From Ophelia neglecta (lineage: Eukaryota), in assembly GCA_965285935.1 (NCBI GenBank), contig OZ260663.1, positions 63,116,001 through 63,180,000 of the forward strand: a stretch of 64,000 nt of DNA, written 5' to 3'. A program made the translations under genes and the position numbers. Every line of letters begins with the position of its first letter. The stretch's first letter is position 1. A model generated the notes under the pieces. It ran no database searches and was not told the origin of the DNA. It worked only from the letters and a program-made list of their open reading frames with translations. Positions 59,860-64,000 of this stretch are shown piece by piece.

Positions 59860-60745
59860 ATGTCTATGTATATTGGCTCTACTTATAATATCTAATTATA
59901 TTTGCTCTACTGGAGAGGCCTTTGTTTGTTGGCTCTACTGGTAATGGGCTTATGTATGTTGGCTCTTCTAGTGAGGCCTATGTATGTTGGCTCTGCTGGT
60001 GAGGCCTATGGATGTTCGTTCTACTGGTGAGGCCTATGTTTGTTCGTTCTACTGATGAGGCCTATGTATGTTCGTTCTACTGGCGATGACTATGTATGTT
60101 GGCTCTACTGGTGAGGCCTATGTATGTTCGTTCTACTGGTGAGGCCTATGTATGTTCGTTCTACTGGTGATGCCTATGTATGTTGGCTCTACTGCTGAGG
60201 CGTATGTATGTTGGCTCTACTGATGAGGCCTATGTATGTTCGTTCTACTGGTGAGGCCTATGTTTCTTCGTTCTACTGGTGAGGCCTATGTTTCTTCGTT
60301 CTACTGGTGAGGCCTATGTATGTTCGTTCTACTGGTGAGGCCTATGTATGTTGGCTCTACTGGTGAGGCCTATGTATGTTGGCTCTGCTGGTGAGGCCTA
60401 TGTATGTTCGTTCTACTGGTGAGGCCTATGTTTCTTCGTTCTACTGGTGAGGCCTATGTATGTTGGCTCTACTGGTGAGGCCTATGTATGTTGGCTCTGC
60501 TGGTGAGGCCTATGTATGTTCGTTCTACTTGTGAGGCCTATGTTTCTTCGTTCTACTGGTGAGGCCTGTGTATGTTCGTTCTACTGGCGATGACTATGTA
60601 TGTTGGCTCTACTGGTGATGCCTATGTTTCATTGTTCTACTGGTGAGGCCTATGTATGTTCGTTCTACTGGTGAGGCCTATGTATGTTCGTTCTACTGGT
60701 GATGACTATGTCTGTTGGCTCTACTGGTGACATCTAACTATATTG
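59860..60745 (+). repeat. 28-bp minisatellite, about 31 copies
   Basis: Unit CTACTGGTGAGGCCTATGTATGTT(CGTT/GGCT); register preserved exactly over 15 units between 60301 and 60721. Confidence 0.97.
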
Positions 60746-61169
60746 GCCCTTCTACATGGTTATACTATGTTCTGCTCTGGGTGATGACTAAACACAAGCA
60801 AATTTAACCAAAGTCATCTGGCAAAACTACCCCAGTCTCCTAATTTTTTTTTTTAACAAAATTGCGTAAATCTTGGACCAGAGGATTTTAGTGAATTGAT
60901 TAATAATCACACATATGTATATTTTTACATATACACGTACACATATATCTTATTACTAAAATGATATCCTGTAGCTCATTAATTGACCCCCGTCTTTTAT
61001 AGTAGACTACAGCTTATCATTATCCTAGATTAATTAATTCCAGGACTAATAGAGGGTTTTTCTTAAGATATCAAAATATAGCAGTTTATTTTATTATTAT
61101 TATTGGTGCTAATGCACCCCAATAAGCAAAATAAAGTCAATCTAACTCATCGAAAAGTGCCGGTGAAAG

Positions 61170-61385
61170 GGAAATTTTCCATGAGAAGCGTGGGGTGTAT
61201 ATGTTACCCTTGTCTCGTTCGCACGGATTGCGTATTCTCGTAAAAAACGTTTCCGAGTTTGTTAGTACGCGCATGGGAACAGGATTGTATACCAAGCTGC
61301 CCGGCCTTCCCCGGGCTTATAGTAGAGCATTCCGGCTGTGAATTTGGACTTGAAACTAAATTAAAACCAATCAATCAATCAAACC
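61170..61385 (+). mobile_element. 3' end of a SINE/LINE with (CAAT)n tail
   Basis: CpG-rich block ending AAATTAAAACCAATCAATCAATCAA. Confidence 0.4.
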
Positions 61386-62386
61386 ACTGATTGGCAGCCC
61401 CACAAGGGTACATGTATACCGTATAAAACTGTCGATTAGATAGTCGCCTAGGCCCTACGACTCAGTAAAGTGAGAAATGTCAATAGCACGTAAAAACACG
61501 GTCCACTCATGATTTTCCCACCTCACTCCAATGATAAAAATTCAGGAGACCACCTCGACGTTGAGAATAGGCGTACTGAAATATAAAGTAATAACTTGTT
61601 GTAGGAGTCAAACCACTTTAATATGTCTTCAGGTGATCGTGCATGCCGAACGATTTGTCTGTTTGCACACATTAATTGAATTGTGTTGATTATAACTGTG
61701 CAGTAGCACGTGTTTTGGCGTAAAGCGCATTTAATCATTTTTCAAACGACATCAAACATTACATCCAGCAAGAAAGTTTGTTCGTTTGGGGTCTTTTTGT
61801 CAAATGACGTTTCGAGAGGGACTCTTCTAGAATGCCCAGACGTATAGTTTTTCACCTGCTCTGTTGCTATCGACAAGTTCACTGACCTTGGATACAACAA
61901 AAAGACCGGGGCTTCTTATAAAGGGAGCCAATCCAGGGCAAGATGACTGTGTTGTCGTGCTACAATTGCCCATGTAGCGCTTAACATATTATATGTATTA
62001 TATGTAAATTATATTACTATGTAAATGTATATAAGTATACATATAAAATTATAATACTGACAAGGGATAGTCCAACTAAGATATACAATAGATCCCTAGC
62101 ATGGCGCCATCGTACTGGTGCAAGTGTAGCAAACGCCGGGAAGCCTAAGCCCGGACATTGGCCCAATGCTTCGGAGTATGTGGGTATACGTATGAGCTTA
62201 TAACACAAGTGTCTGTCTTGTTATGATATATTATTATTAACTTATGTTTTAGGTACTCTGAATGACGTACCATGATATCGTCAACAACAATTCGAATTTA
62301 TCATATTTAGCTGTGCATTATCGATTGAGTGCTGTTCGGTGGACCATTCGGTGACGCCAAGAGGTCCCGTCTCATATTGGAATACG

Positions 62387-62840
62387 ATGCCACAAAGAAA
62401 TGACCCCTGTAAACGACTAAGTCAGGCGTTCACTGAAGGCGATACCAAAGTGATATGTCACACAATTCAACAGTTCCACCATGTAGTGAATACTAGAGAC
62501 GAAAGCCACGGACTGCAAACCCCTCTGATGCGAGTTTGTCATCTACGAGTGGACCAAGCAGAAAGAGAGATCATTCTTAATCTGATAGGTAAAACCTGTC
62601 CGGATTCTAACATACGCGATGGAGCAGGAAGAACTGCGTTGTGTCACGCGTGTATATCGGAGAAAACCGAGGTAGTGACCTTCTTGTCCCGTCTTGGCAA
62701 CTGTGACCCTAACATTGCCGATGATGACGGGAACACACCTCTTATCTACGCAACAAAATCTAGGAAATTGAGCGTTGTGCAGACTTTACTTTCAAGTTTC
62801 AAAGACATCGGCTTGGATGTCAACCACAGAAATGAACGAG
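62387..62840 (+). CDS. Ankyrin-repeat protein, ANKRD63-like; first coding exon (no further exon found in this window)
   Basis: ATG 62387; ankyrin repeats TPLMRVC / D.GRTALCHAC / DPNIADDDGNTPLIYA; ...SFKDIGLDVNHRNERG resembles ANKRD63 SFRRLGLRLDRTNRAG (recalled); donor GAG|GTAAGC after 62840; likely acceptor TTTTAG ending at 62252. Confidence 0.85.
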
Positions 62841-63160
62841 GTAAGCTCTCTGTCTTTAGAGAATCTCGGCCACGGCTTATCGTAGTAGACCATGCAATGA
62901 ACCTTATTGCCAAAGAATTCGATTTAAGATAAAAATGCATACATTTGCCAATTAACTTACAAATATTCGACATCCTCTTTTTGACAACTCGCGAATGTGA
63001 CATCCAGAACGAGAAATTCAGAACGAGTCAATAATTATTGATGCATGAATAGCTATTGGTGGTAAACACGAATAGTGAGTCCCTTGGCTGCCAAGTCTCC
63101 TGGACCATATTTGAATAAGACCCGGGGAAAATATACATGCACTTAGAGACCGGGGAAGGT

Positions 63161-63400
63161 AAGGCCTAAAAAATTGTTTGTTTTCGGATTCCCGACAGAT
63201 CCTAAAATTTACTTCCCGTCCCTAAAAGTGTTCGCCAGGCACTCGTGGTAAATGCCGCAATTGACAGTCACATTGTTCGGCTGCTGCAAAGTCCGCTGAC
63301 GGCATAGTTCGTTTATGAGAAAATTGTCTCGCACTGTATGTATGCATATATGTTTATACATATATTATTTAAAACAATTTTTGAAATTTAAACTTATGAG
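63161..63400. mobile_element. Left end of an element related to 6818-7292
   Basis: AGGCCTAAAAAATTGTTTGTTTTCGGATTCCCGAC...CCCGTCCCTAAA; right end not identified. Confidence 0.35.
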
Positions 63401-64000
63401 AATAGCCAATGTATGAATGCTATTCGTTTTCATTATTAATATCTTCTAGTCACAAAACGAGGGATTCTTTAAAGGTGACAAAAGGAAAAAGTCTCTTACA
63501 GCCCGTGTTTGAACTGAAATTGAAAATGAACAACGGGAAGTACCCGATGAGGTCTTCATCTATTATTGTTACCAAAATGTTGTGTAACTGAGCATTATCT
63601 TTATTAGGTTGTGTATGGGCCCTAAGTTGATTAAGCTAGTTTTTGTGGACACTACGGAATTGAGGTTAGGTTATAGCTAGTACCGTGTTAATTACCTGCT
63701 ATGACCTGGCACGCCAAAGCAAAATATACATCGGGCAAAACAAAATACACTGTAACGATAAAAAATGTTGTATATATATATATGCTTATGCGCCTTGATA
63801 AACATTAAGAAACGTCCACAACCTATCCTCATTACTCGCTTGGTCCAGTCAACGCTTCCAAAAACCACAGATTTCTCCATTAATCATCATTAATTAAATG
63901 CTTATAGGCATGCAAACACACCAATGAACTTACAGTATCTTTGTTTATTGGCTTGATTCGTTTAATAAGCCGACTTAGGTTACACCCTATTATCGTTGAT

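Noticed and set aside
59860-60745. CRISPR-like array of ~28-bp repeats
   Set aside because: Units are head-to-tail with no unique spacers, there are no cas genes, and the context is eukaryotic; it is a minisatellite.
62339-62932. 197-aa single-exon ORF as given in the track
   Set aside because: The GTG start is unlikely (first ATG is 62387) and the tail after 62840 runs through a consensus GTAAGC donor into intron.

Overview
AT-rich, intron-containing eukaryotic DNA from an invertebrate animal, most likely a lophotrochozoan such as a mollusc (inferred from gene structure, repeat types, frequent TACATGTA and mosaic CpG depletion). Three protein genes were assembled by hand from GT-AG splice sites: a complete 7-exon SNRPA1/U2A' (minus, 1219-5524, 257 aa), a complete 7-exon midnolin (MIDN/Stuxnet; minus, 15574-39618, 476 aa; Ubl, Catch and C-terminal helix/NLS) and the first coding exon of an ANKRD63-like ankyrin gene (plus, 62387-62840). 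Most ORFs in the track are spurious. The rest of the window is repeats: two tRNA-derived SINE copies, several MITEs, a perfect 85-bp palindrome with an 8-bp TSD, a ~3.4-kb Helentron-like element carrying a decayed RPA70-like gene, a LINE endonuclease relic and a 28-bp minisatellite. The most interesting signal is three hidden candidate exons in midnolin introns: a 67-nt frameshifting poison exon, a 39-nt in-frame exon that would split the Catch2 strand, and an in-frame exon-6-like alternative or terminal exon. The introns also contain three perfect CRE palindromes. Together these suggest splicing-level control of the midnolin-proteasome pathway; this is inference and needs RNA-seq.
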